DNA of 32,000 nt, from assembly GCF_000018305.1 (NCBI RefSeq), contig NC_009954.1:330001-362000 (forward strand), read 5' to 3'. Of this stretch, positions 8,080 to 15,858 are shown one piece after another (the first letter of the stretch is position 1; each line of letters begins with the position of its first letter). The position numbers were made by a program, and so were the translations under genes. The notes beneath the pieces were generated by a model that worked only from the letters and a program-made list of their open reading frames with translations, made no database searches and had not been told where the DNA came from. The DNA comes from Caldivirga maquilingensis IC-167 (GTDB lineage: Archaea; Thermoproteota; Thermoprotei; Thermoproteales; Thermocladiaceae).

Positions 8080-8823
8080 TTAACGAGCCTTAACAATAAA
8101 GCTTACGTCACCCTCCATCCTCTCTGGACTTATCATCCCACACCCCTGACTGATCTTCTTCATGAATGAGTATGGGTTATTAACCCTTACACCAGCCAGT
8201 AAGTCGATTCCAAAGTCGAACATTAAGTCAAGCATCGGAGTGCTTGGGCCAAGTAGAATAACGTAGGCATTAGTCCTCTTAGCCAATTCCAGTAACCTAT
8301 CAATTGATTTATTGATTATTGTTGACGCCGTAATAACCACCACTTGACTATCCTCAATAACAGTCTCAGCTGCAGTGGAGGGTAGAATCCCATTAACTGG
8401 ATCTATTAGGAATGGGTTAAGCTCCAGGACAACTACCTCCCTTGCAACCTCCTTAAACCTTGTAAACCCAGGGAATCTACCAACCATAACAACCTTCTTA
8501 CCTTTACCATACTCTAAGGCTAGGTCTAATCCATTAACCTCAGCATCACCCTTAGGTTCAATAATCGAGTTCACTGCTGCTAACCCAACACTAGCCTCGA
8601 GGAGGTTCCATGACCTTAAGTACTCCGCTAATTCACCAACACTCATCTCCTCTAAGTGACCAAAACCCCTAACGCTAGCGTTACCGGTACGGTAGGTCAT
8701 TGAAACCCCGCAGTATCTTGAGTAGACACAGGTCCAGGAAACACCAATTACTGCGTTCTTAACCTCAGTATTATTCTCCTTAGCGTATGATATTAAGGCT
8801 TCAATAACCCTACTCTTAGGCAT
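8080..8823 (-). CDS. DUF4213/DUF364-type Rossmann-like protein (putative chelatase-like, function unknown)
   Basis: The pattern VIGVSWTCVYS..CGVSMTY ... LEASVGLAAVNS ... KKVVMVGRFPG ... VVVITASTIINKSIDRLLEL ... ILLGPSTP matches my recollection of the DUF4213+DUF364 architecture. Confidence 0.55.
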   Translation of the reverse strand: MPKSRVIEALISYAKENNTEVKNAVIGVSWTCVYSRYCGVSMTYRTGNASVRGFGHLEEMSVGELAEYLRSWNLLEASVGLAAVNSIIEPKGDAEVNGLDLALEYGKGKKVVMVGRFPGFTRFKEVAREVVVLELNPFLIDPVNGILPSTAAETVIEDSQVVVITASTIINKSIDRLLELAKRTNAYVILLGPSTPMLDLMFDFGIDLLAGVRVNNPYSFMKKISQGCGMISPERMEGDVSFIVKAR

Positions 8824-9001
8824 GGATTCAACTCAAGGCCCAGTGGTTTAATACTTTGCACAGATAAATCCCTATAATAAACTTAAGGGTAACTCATGAG
8901 CCCTAGTTCCTTAACACAATTCCCTAAATAAGCCTCCAGGAAATGCTACTCAATGGGATGCGGGGAAAACTATTAAGTATTATTCCGCATTACCCTGCCC
9001 A

Positions 9002-9053
9002 GTGATGTAACCACGCAGGCCCTTGAGTTAATGATGAGTGACCTAAAGACTGA
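9002..9053 (+). ncRNA. Candidate C/D-box sRNA (52 nt)
   Basis: GUGAUGU (9002-9008), 14 nt, UUGA (9023-9026), 4 nt, AUGAUGA (9031-9037), exactly 12 nt, CUGA (9050-9053). A 2-bp terminal pairing is possible (CA/UG). A TATA-like tattaagtattatt at 8971-8984 is centred about 25 nt upstream of the C box. It lies in a 336-nt divergent intergenic region. Confidence 0.45.
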
Positions 9054-9159
9054 TGCCGCCTCTCCTCATTAATATAGGGTTAAGAAATCACTCAACACCT
9101 TAAGACTAAGATTGGTTTTATTTAAAATCCAAGCCTCCCCTACCTTTAAGGAGCCGTAT

Positions 9160-9777
9160 ATGTGTATTTTCGTTGACGTTGAGGGTATTGATGGGGTTGG
9201 TAAATCCACTGTAATTAGGCTTACCGCTGATGAATTAAGGAGGAGGGGTTACTTGGTTTATACCACAAGTGAACCAAGTGACTCACCCATTGGCTTATTC
9301 ATAAGGAGGAGTATACTTGAAAGTAACCTTGAGGTGGAGCCAATGGCCTTAGCGCTCCTATTTGCCGCAGATAGGGTGATTCACTATAATAGGGTTATTA
9401 AACCTAAGGTTAAGGAGGGTTACATAGTGATCACTGAGAGGTATATTGAATCCTCCGTGGCGTATCAAGGTTCCCAAGGCGTACCCGTTGAGTGGATAAT
9501 TGAAGTTAACTCAATGGTGGCTGAACCAGACCTAGTTATAGTGCTTAATGCACCATTAAACACCGTGGCGAGTAGGTTAAGCAATAGGGGAATGCTTGAG
9601 TACTTTGAGAGGAATACTGACTTCCTTAGGAGCGTCCAGGAGGTTTACCTTAGGAGGGCTAGGGAGCGTAATTACCCTGTTATTGATGCGTCAAGGGTGA
9701 TTAATAATGTTGTTAATGACGTACTTACGCTTATTGAGGATAAGGCCAAGGGTAAGTGCAAGAACTATAATCAATAA
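9160..9777 (+). CDS. tmk: Thymidylate kinase (dTMP kinase)
   Basis: FVDVEGIDGVGKST P-loop, TSEPSDSPIG, ALLFAADR and a LID-like region. I place the start at ATG 9160. The track's TTG at 9112 adds 16 non-conserved residues. Confidence 0.85.
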   Translation: MCIFVDVEGIDGVGKSTVIRLTADELRRRGYLVYTTSEPSDSPIGLFIRRSILESNLEVEPMALALLFAADRVIHYNRVIKPKVKEGYIVITERYIESSVAYQGSQGVPVEWIIEVNSMVAEPDLVIVLNAPLNTVASRLSNRGMLEYFERNTDFLRSVQEVYLRRARERNYPVIDASRVINNVVNDVLTLIEDKAKGKCKNYNQ

Positions 9778-11883
9778 CCCGTAGGTACCCTTACTTATCC
9801 CCCTCATTGAACCACCCTTACCATTATCCGTATTAATAATAGTGATGTTGGATAACACTGAGGAAATATACCTCATGTTCAGTACTATGGGTAAATTCAC
9901 CTCACTAGTCTGCTCAACCACTATATCAACCACATACGGTGATGAAGAATTAATGATCAAGCTACTTAAGTATTGATCATAAGTACCCTTGGCAATACCA
10001 TAGTATGCTTCATAGGTGTTTAATTCATTAACCAGGTTAGCCCTCTGATACTCAATACTTTGATTAATGGCTAGGCTGAAGAGTAGGTATTGGCCCGTTA
10101 AGTTAAAGTACATGCTCATTAACCTAGCTGATGCATTCTGAAGCTGGGAACTAGTTTGAATTAGACCACTGGTAATGTTAGTTAAGTTACCGTACAGTGA
10201 TGTGGGTACCGCTAACGCTAAGTTAAGCCTACCTAACGTTACGTTAAGCGTACTCGTCGTTGAGTTAAGTGTATTACTCAGGTAATTGAGGGCTATGTAA
10301 AGTGAGTATACGCTTTGATTAGTCTTAACAAGTGTATTGCTTATGTTGGTTAAGGCAATTACTAATGCAGTACCCCTGGTGTTTAATTGATACGCTAACT
10401 CGCTTAATTGCCTACTAGCCGTTAAAACACCCATCTCGGCACCATTAACATAACCCTCAAGTCTAAGCACCGTAGCCCTCATCACCTCCACATCCTTAAT
10501 TAACCTACTTAATTCACCAAGTATACTGGATTTAACTCCACCATTAATGTTAAGTGAATTAACATCATTATACAGTTTAGTTAAATTATCTTGAACATAA
10601 CCCAAGTATTGGTAGTATTCGGCTAGCGTAGTGTTAGTAGCGTTTAATATTGGTATTATCTCCATTAACGTAACGTTGTACTGCTCAATCTCCCCATAAG
10701 CATACACCACATCTGAAATAACCTGGTATTGAAGATTAATTATCTCATTATTCAACTGCGTTAAATTACTCATTATTTGCTTAAGGGAGTAGGACACCAT
10801 TGGGATAGTGGAGTTAAGCTTACTTAAAACACCGTACTCAGCCCTCAGGGCGTAATCAACCTCATATACCTGAAGCAGTAGTAGACTCTCAATAACCCTG
10901 GTGGAATTCATGTAGTACGCTGACTGCCTATACAAGGCAGCTGTGGTGTTTAGTAAGTAAGATAACTGGTATAAGTCGTTTAAGAGTATCGTGGCGTTAC
11001 TGCTTATAGGCCTTACGTAGGGAATATTATTGAATTCCGTAAGCGTGTTGTTTAATTGACCTATGGTTAACTTAAGGTAATTCAAGTAGTAGTATAAGTC
11101 TATTGATGATGTGAATATTAATGAACCCAAGTCTATTGCACTCCAATTACCTGAATTAGCCACAATGAATGTTACGTTTAAGTCAACGGAACCATTATTA
11201 GGTAATTCACCGGACCAGTACATGTAATTCCCAGTACCAATACCAGCAACACCAGTGGGTGGCGTGGAGTAGTAGTAATTAATACCATTCTGAAGCGGTA
11301 TATATGCATTATAGGTTAGTGGTAGGCCTAGTGCATTTGATGCATTAACAAGCATTATTAATTTAACACCTGAACTACCGTTTATCACTTGACTGGGGGT
11401 TGTTGAGTCATTAATGAGGTACTTAAAGTTCATTATATAATTATTCACTAATGGGTTCTGGAACTCAACGTTAAGCGACATAGTCTCAAAGGAATTAATC
11501 GTAATGTTCCAGTAAATCTCATCACCCTTCAATACATATCCACTTGAGGCATATAGTATGGATGAGTAGGGTGGTAGTCTGAAACCCACGATAACGTTTA
11601 ATGCCGTTGAGTTTTCATTAATCAGGTTAACACCATAATTAATGTAGGATTTAACACCACTACTAGTGTAGTAGTTAATGTAATTAACAGTGTATGTTAC
11701 TGATAATGATGCATCGGCCTCAACAACATGGGTAACGTAAGGCAGCATGATTATTAATAAGGCGGCGATTAACCACGACTTCCCCCCAAGTAGGGGTAGG
11801 TTAATTAATAGGGAATTAATGCCTCTGATTCTCAATAACCTCCTCAAGTCGTGAAATCTCCTCCTCAATTCTACCAACATCAT
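9691..11883 (-). CDS. Large surface glycoprotein candidate: basic N-terminus plus hydrophobic signal/anchor, beta-rich head, long helical NxS/T-rich stalk, C-terminal TM helix
   Basis: The hydrophobic segment SWLIAALLIIMLPYVTHVVEA is followed by a Tyr/Asn/Ser/Val-rich region of about 230 aa. Next comes a Leu/Asn/Ser/Thr-rich region of about 400 aa with helical periodicity. The C-terminus is GTYGLLIIVLALTLGLILNKRK. My manual count gives about 29 N-x-S/T sequons. The start codon is uncertain (11883 or an internal TTG), because the 5' end overlaps the upstream ABC gene by up to 68 nt. Confidence 0.6.
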   Translation of the reverse strand: MMLVELRRRFHDLRRLLRIRGINSLLINLPLLGGKSWLIAALLIIMLPYVTHVVEADASLSVTYTVNYINYYTSSGVKSYINYGVNLINENSTALNVIVGFRLPPYSSILYASSGYVLKGDEIYWNITINSFETMSLNVEFQNPLVNNYIMNFKYLINDSTTPSQVINGSSGVKLIMLVNASNALGLPLTYNAYIPLQNGINYYYSTPPTGVAGIGTGNYMYWSGELPNNGSVDLNVTFIVANSGNWSAIDLGSLIFTSSIDLYYYLNYLKLTIGQLNNTLTEFNNIPYVRPISSNATILLNDLYQLSYLLNTTAALYRQSAYYMNSTRVIESLLLLQVYEVDYALRAEYGVLSKLNSTIPMVSYSLKQIMSNLTQLNNEIINLQYQVISDVVYAYGEIEQYNVTLMEIIPILNATNTTLAEYYQYLGYVQDNLTKLYNDVNSLNINGGVKSSILGELSRLIKDVEVMRATVLRLEGYVNGAEMGVLTASRQLSELAYQLNTRGTALVIALTNISNTLVKTNQSVYSLYIALNYLSNTLNSTTSTLNVTLGRLNLALAVPTSLYGNLTNITSGLIQTSSQLQNASARLMSMYFNLTGQYLLFSLAINQSIEYQRANLVNELNTYEAYYGIAKGTYDQYLSSLIINSSSPYVVDIVVEQTSEVNLPIVLNMRYISSVLSNITIINTDNGKGGSMRGISKGTYGLLIIVLALTLGLILNKRKYVINNIINHP

Positions 11884-12685
11884 CAGCTAATCTACTGCGT
11901 CTCCTGGCTAATAAATCTATTTTAAGCCCCTCAACGTAATTCCTAATCATATCCCTCACGTTAACACTACTTACGTTAATCCTCTCCACTACGCCAGTCT
12001 CATAGACTCTACCACCCCTAATGTTAATTATCCTACTGCCTATCTGAGCTACGTCAGGGTTATGGGTTGCAATAACCATGGTTACCCCAATAGTCTTATT
12101 CAAAACATTAATGAGCGCCAGTAACTTTGATGCACTAACTGGGTCAAGGGCACCAGTGGGTTCATCCATTATTATTAAACTTGGATTAAGGGCAAGCGCC
12201 CTAGCTAACGCAACCCTTTGCTGCTGACCACCTGATAATTGATTTGGGTAATGATTAACATATGGCGTTAACTCAACTAACTCAAGCAAATACCTAGCCT
12301 TAGCCTCAGCCATGGCTTCATCATACATGCCACTCATTAACATGGGCATCATGACGTTTTCAAGCGCCGTTAAGTTCTGAATAAGGTTATACTGCTGAAA
12401 CAGGAAACCAACCTTCAGTAGCCTTAATTTAGCCAACTCATTCTCACTCATATCAGTGACGTCAACATCATCCAAGTAAACCCTCCCACTGGTGGGTTTA
12501 TCAAGCATACCCATTATGTTGAGCAGCGTTGATTTACCTGAGCCACTAGGGCCCATTATAATGACAACCTCACCCCTATACACGTTTAAATTAACATTAA
12601 TTAATGCGTCAACATATATGGACTCAGATATGTAGTACCTCTTACTAACGTTAATCAACTTAACCACAGCGTTGCTATTACTCAT
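11816..12685 (-). CDS. ABC transporter ATP-binding protein, MacB/LolD-like, with a C-terminal extension of about 60 aa that looks coiled-coil
   Basis: GPSGSGKSTLLNIMGMLDKPTSG (Walker A), Q-loop FQQYNL, LSGGQQQRVALARAL (signature), IIMDEPTGALD (Walker B) and an H-loop ATH. The tail is ...DLLARRRSRLADDVGRIEEEISRLEEVIENQRH. Confidence 0.9.
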   Translation of the reverse strand: MSNSNAVVKLINVSKRYYISESIYVDALINVNLNVYRGEVVIIMGPSGSGKSTLLNIMGMLDKPTSGRVYLDDVDVTDMSENELAKLRLLKVGFLFQQYNLIQNLTALENVMMPMLMSGMYDEAMAEAKARYLLELVELTPYVNHYPNQLSGGQQQRVALARALALNPSLIIMDEPTGALDPVSASKLLALINVLNKTIGVTMVIATHNPDVAQIGSRIINIRGGRVYETGVVERINVSSVNVRDMIRNYVEGLKIDLLARRRSRLADDVGRIEEEISRLEEVIENQRH

Positions 12686-12773
12686 TATAATGCATCAACG
12701 TTACCGATATTATTAACCTTTTCGTCCCACTGAACAGCCTCATAGTTGTTTGCATTAAGTAAAGGGCTAATCC

Positions 12774-12782
12774 TTAAATATA
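12774..12782 (+). promoter_or_regulatory. TATA box (TTAAATATA) for the nuoH-nuoI-zinc-finger transcription unit
   Basis: Centred 26 nt upstream of the ATG at 12804. This is consistent with a leaderless or near-leaderless archaeal transcript. Confidence 0.45.
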
Positions 12783-12803
12783 GAAGAGGAAAAGACCTTA
12801 ACC

Positions 12804-13889
12804 ATGAGTTACCTAGAGCCCATGGTGCAGATACCGTTCCTGCAGCCGTTGATTAACTTCCTACTTAAGGTACCTGTGATTGGGCCAATAGTTAACTTCC
12901 TACTATGGACACCTATCTTCGCTGTTTGGTTCGTCCCTGGCCTCATTGGCTTATTCATACCGCTAATATTTGTCATATGGTGGGAGAGGAAGGCTGCAGC
13001 AAGGGTTCAATGGAGGTATGGGCCACTTGAAATATCCAGGAGGATTGGTGGTGTCATACAACCTATAAGTGACTTAATAAGATACACGCTTCAGGAAATT
13101 ATAATTCACCAGGAGGCTGATGAAGCCTACTTCCTACACATGCCTGTCTTCGGCTTCATATTTGCACTACTACCGGTCCTATTCCTACCCGCTGGGCCTC
13201 ACGTATATGCAATAAACACAGGCTACAACATACTGATTGCAGCAGTACTCATATCAATATTTAACATCGTCATAATAGTGAGTGGCTGGGCTTCAACGGA
13301 TAAGTGGGCCTACATAGGTACTGTAAGGGAGGCGTTCATGTACGCTGCCTATGAGGTACCATTCATGTTATCGGTAATAGCCATGATAATACTATTCGGT
13401 ACAGCTGACCCATTCGCAATGGTTAACGCCCAGGTAGCCCACTACATACCTGGAGCCATACTTAACCCGATAGCCTTCATTGTAGCCTTCATAACCACGG
13501 CAATGGCCTCATCAAGGTTTCCATTCACTATTGTTGAGAATGATACTGATCTTGTTGTTGGACCATTCACAGAGTACGGTGGCTTAATCTTCGGCTTAAC
13601 AATGACCATGAGTTACGAGAAAACCTACGTGATGACGCTGCTACTCTCAATACTCTTCCTAGGTGGCTGGAGCGGCCCATACATTGGGCCATTGGGTGAT
13701 TTATCCGCACCACTGTGGCTTGGTGTTAGGGTATTCCTAGTCATGATGTTCTTCTCATTCCTAAGGGCAGTTTACCCCAGTTACAGGCTTGACCAAGCCT
13801 TAAGAATAGGATGGCGTACACTACTTATTCTGTCAGTAGTAAGTGTTATATGGAGTATAGTTATTAGGCTAGTGTTCCCGGTGATTTAA
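12804..13889 (+). CDS. nuoH: NADH-quinone oxidoreductase subunit H (complex I membrane subunit NuoH/ND1 family)
   Basis: WERKAAARVQWRYGPLE...IQPISDLIRYTLQEIIIHQEADE matches the NuoH signature ERK..(R)Q.R.GP...LQP.AD..K...KE...P..AD. The protein is polytopic and 361 aa long. Confidence 0.85.
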   Translation: MSYLEPMVQIPFLQPLINFLLKVPVIGPIVNFLLWTPIFAVWFVPGLIGLFIPLIFVIWWERKAAARVQWRYGPLEISRRIGGVIQPISDLIRYTLQEIIIHQEADEAYFLHMPVFGFIFALLPVLFLPAGPHVYAINTGYNILIAAVLISIFNIVIIVSGWASTDKWAYIGTVREAFMYAAYEVPFMLSVIAMIILFGTADPFAMVNAQVAHYIPGAILNPIAFIVAFITTAMASSRFPFTIVENDTDLVVGPFTEYGGLIFGLTMTMSYEKTYVMTLLLSILFLGGWSGPYIGPLGDLSAPLWLGVRVFLVMMFFSFLRAVYPSYRLDQALRIGWRTLLILSVVSVIWSIVIRLVFPVI

Positions 13890-13890
13890 C

Positions 13891-14391
13891 ATGGCTAAGA
13901 AGGTGACGCAACCTAAGGTTAACCCAGTGGCTGGGCACTTAAATGCACTAGCGGTTGGGGTGAAGGAGTTCGTTAAACCCACCAGGTTCACTATACAGTA
14001 CCCCAGGGAGAGGAGGTGGGTTATTGATAGGTTCAGAGGCTTCATGATTAATGATGTTGAGAAGTGCATATCATGCTTCCAATGCGCGTGGGCATGCCCT
14101 GTTAACGCAATATTCATGTACAGGGCGCCTAACGGTAAATACTACCCTGGAATAAGGTATGAACAATGCATACTCTGCCACTTCTGCGTTGACGCTTGCC
14201 CGGTTGGTTCGCTACAAGGTACGACGATAAGTGATGGGGCGTTCCCAGACTTGGAGTCAACGGTCTTTAAGCCAGAGGATATGCATAATCTACCTCAGTG
14301 GGATGATGAAGCGGAGTATGTGGTTAAATACGACTTCGATGAGAACGGTAACCTTAAGATAATTAAAATGAGGAAGAGCGAGGTGAAGTAA
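13891..14391 (+). CDS. nuoI: NADH-quinone oxidoreductase subunit I (2x[4Fe-4S] NuoI family)
   Basis: TIQYPRERRWVIDRFRGFM is followed by CISCFQCAWACP and CILCHFCVDACP. The gene starts 1 nt after the nuoH stop. Confidence 0.85.
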   Translation: MAKKVTQPKVNPVAGHLNALAVGVKEFVKPTRFTIQYPRERRWVIDRFRGFMINDVEKCISCFQCAWACPVNAIFMYRAPNGKYYPGIRYEQCILCHFCVDACPVGSLQGTTISDGAFPDLESTVFKPEDMHNLPQWDDEAEYVVKYDFDENGNLKIIKMRKSEVK

Positions 14392-14394
14392 GTT

Positions 14395-14604
14395 ATGGTT
14401 AAATGCCCAGTTTGCGGGAGGGATTACCAGAATACCCTTTCACTGCTTAAGCACGTTAGGTTGAAGAGTAGGTATGATGAATCCCATAGGGTGCTTTGGT
14501 CAGAGTACGTTAAGTTTAAGAGCGTTAACGATGGGTATGAGGATATGTTCACTGAAACAGACATATTCAGGGAGTTCCTAAAGCAGAGAAAGGCCTCATT
14601 TTAA
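14395..14604 (+). CDS. Small C2H2-like zinc-finger protein (69 aa)
   Basis: CPVCGRDYQNTLSLLKH has C-x2-C-x12-H, with the next His 10 residues later. The ATG lies 3 nt after the nuoI stop, which suggests translational coupling. Confidence 0.5.
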   Translation: MVKCPVCGRDYQNTLSLLKHVRLKSRYDESHRVLWSEYVKFKSVNDGYEDMFTETDIFREFLKQRKASF

Positions 14605-14624
14605 TATTTCTAAATAATTACGGC

Positions 14625-15818
14625 TTACTTCCTTTGATCAATTGGAACGTATTGAACATCATGTGGCCCAATGTAGCATGCCCTTGGCCTAAATAACCTA
14701 TGTTCATTCAAGTACTCTATTGCGTGGGCTGACCAACCCACAACCCTGGACATGGCAAATATAGGAGTGTAGTACTCGTAGGGTATACCAAGCAGGTACA
14801 TTGCTATACCACTCCAGAAGTCAATATTGGGGTAAAGATTCTTTGGTGCAAGCTTCTCTAAAACAACCTTCTCAACCTCCTCGGCTATCTGGTAGTAAGT
14901 CATGTTACCCTTCTTCTCACTTAACTCCCTTACAAGATCCTTATAGATCCTGGCCCTTGGGTCATAGGTCTTGTAAACCCTATGACCAACACCCATTAAT
15001 CTCTTACCCTCAGCAAGAAGCTTCTCAACATAAGGTCTAGCGTTACTCGGGCTCCCAATCTCAAGGTACTGCTTCATTGCCGCCTCATTAGCACCACCGT
15101 GAAGAGGCCCCTTTAATGCCGCTATGCCAGCTACAATGGCTGAGTATAAGTCGGTCCAAGTGGATATGGCTACGTGTGTTGCGAATGTTGATGCAGGGAC
15201 TTCATGATCAATGTGAAGCACTAGGTATAGGTCTATTGCCCTAGTGGATACTTCATCAGGTGTTGAACCGAACATCATGTAGAGGAAGTTGGCAGCATGG
15301 CTGAGGTCCTTCTTAGGCTTAATAACCCCTAACCCTCTACTGAATCTATAGTGGGCGGCTATTATTGTTGGTAGCACTGCTGTTAATCTTATCGCCTGAT
15401 CGTAGAGGGCTTCCTTACTTAAATCCCCGGCCTTAGGGTCGAAGCCGGCTAAGGCTGATACAGCTGACTCTAGTACAAGCATTGGGTGAACCTTATTCTC
15501 AGCAAGAACCCTTATTATTGAGTAAATCTCCTCAGGTAAATCCCTATTAGAGGCAAGCTTCTCACTGAACTCCGAGAGCTCACTCCTAGTGGGTAACTTA
15601 CCGTAGAGCACCAGGTACGCTGTCTCCTCGAAGTTGGAGTACTTGGCTAGGTCATCAATCCTATACCCCCTATACCACAGTATTCCCTTCCTACCATCTA
15701 TATCGCTTATTGACGTTACCTTTATTAAAACATCCTCAAGACCATGTATTATTGGTCCACATGGGGACTCTATCACCTTTCCGCTTGTACTTATTTCAAC
15801 TTTCCTAACAGACTCCAT
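14625..15818 (-). CDS. gltA: Citrate synthase (or 2-methylcitrate synthase) family
   Basis: GPLHGGANE, MGVGHRVYKTYDPRA and NIDFWSG are the classic citrate synthase signatures. The 397-aa length fits the archaeal type. Confidence 0.92.
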   Translation of the reverse strand: MESVRKVEISTSGKVIESPCGPIIHGLEDVLIKVTSISDIDGRKGILWYRGYRIDDLAKYSNFEETAYLVLYGKLPTRSELSEFSEKLASNRDLPEEIYSIIRVLAENKVHPMLVLESAVSALAGFDPKAGDLSKEALYDQAIRLTAVLPTIIAAHYRFSRGLGVIKPKKDLSHAANFLYMMFGSTPDEVSTRAIDLYLVLHIDHEVPASTFATHVAISTWTDLYSAIVAGIAALKGPLHGGANEAAMKQYLEIGSPSNARPYVEKLLAEGKRLMGVGHRVYKTYDPRARIYKDLVRELSEKKGNMTYYQIAEEVEKVVLEKLAPKNLYPNIDFWSGIAMYLLGIPYEYYTPIFAMSRVVGWSAHAIEYLNEHRLFRPRACYIGPHDVQYVPIDQRK

Positions 15819-15858
15819 AGTTCACCTAGTTGAATTTATGCTTAAAAAGCTAATTTAC

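Noticed and set aside
9112-9159. The TTG start proposed by the ORF track for thymidylate kinase.
   Set aside because: The 16 extra residues are not part of the kinase fold, since the P-loop strand begins right after the ATG at 9160. ATG 9160 is the more parsimonious start.
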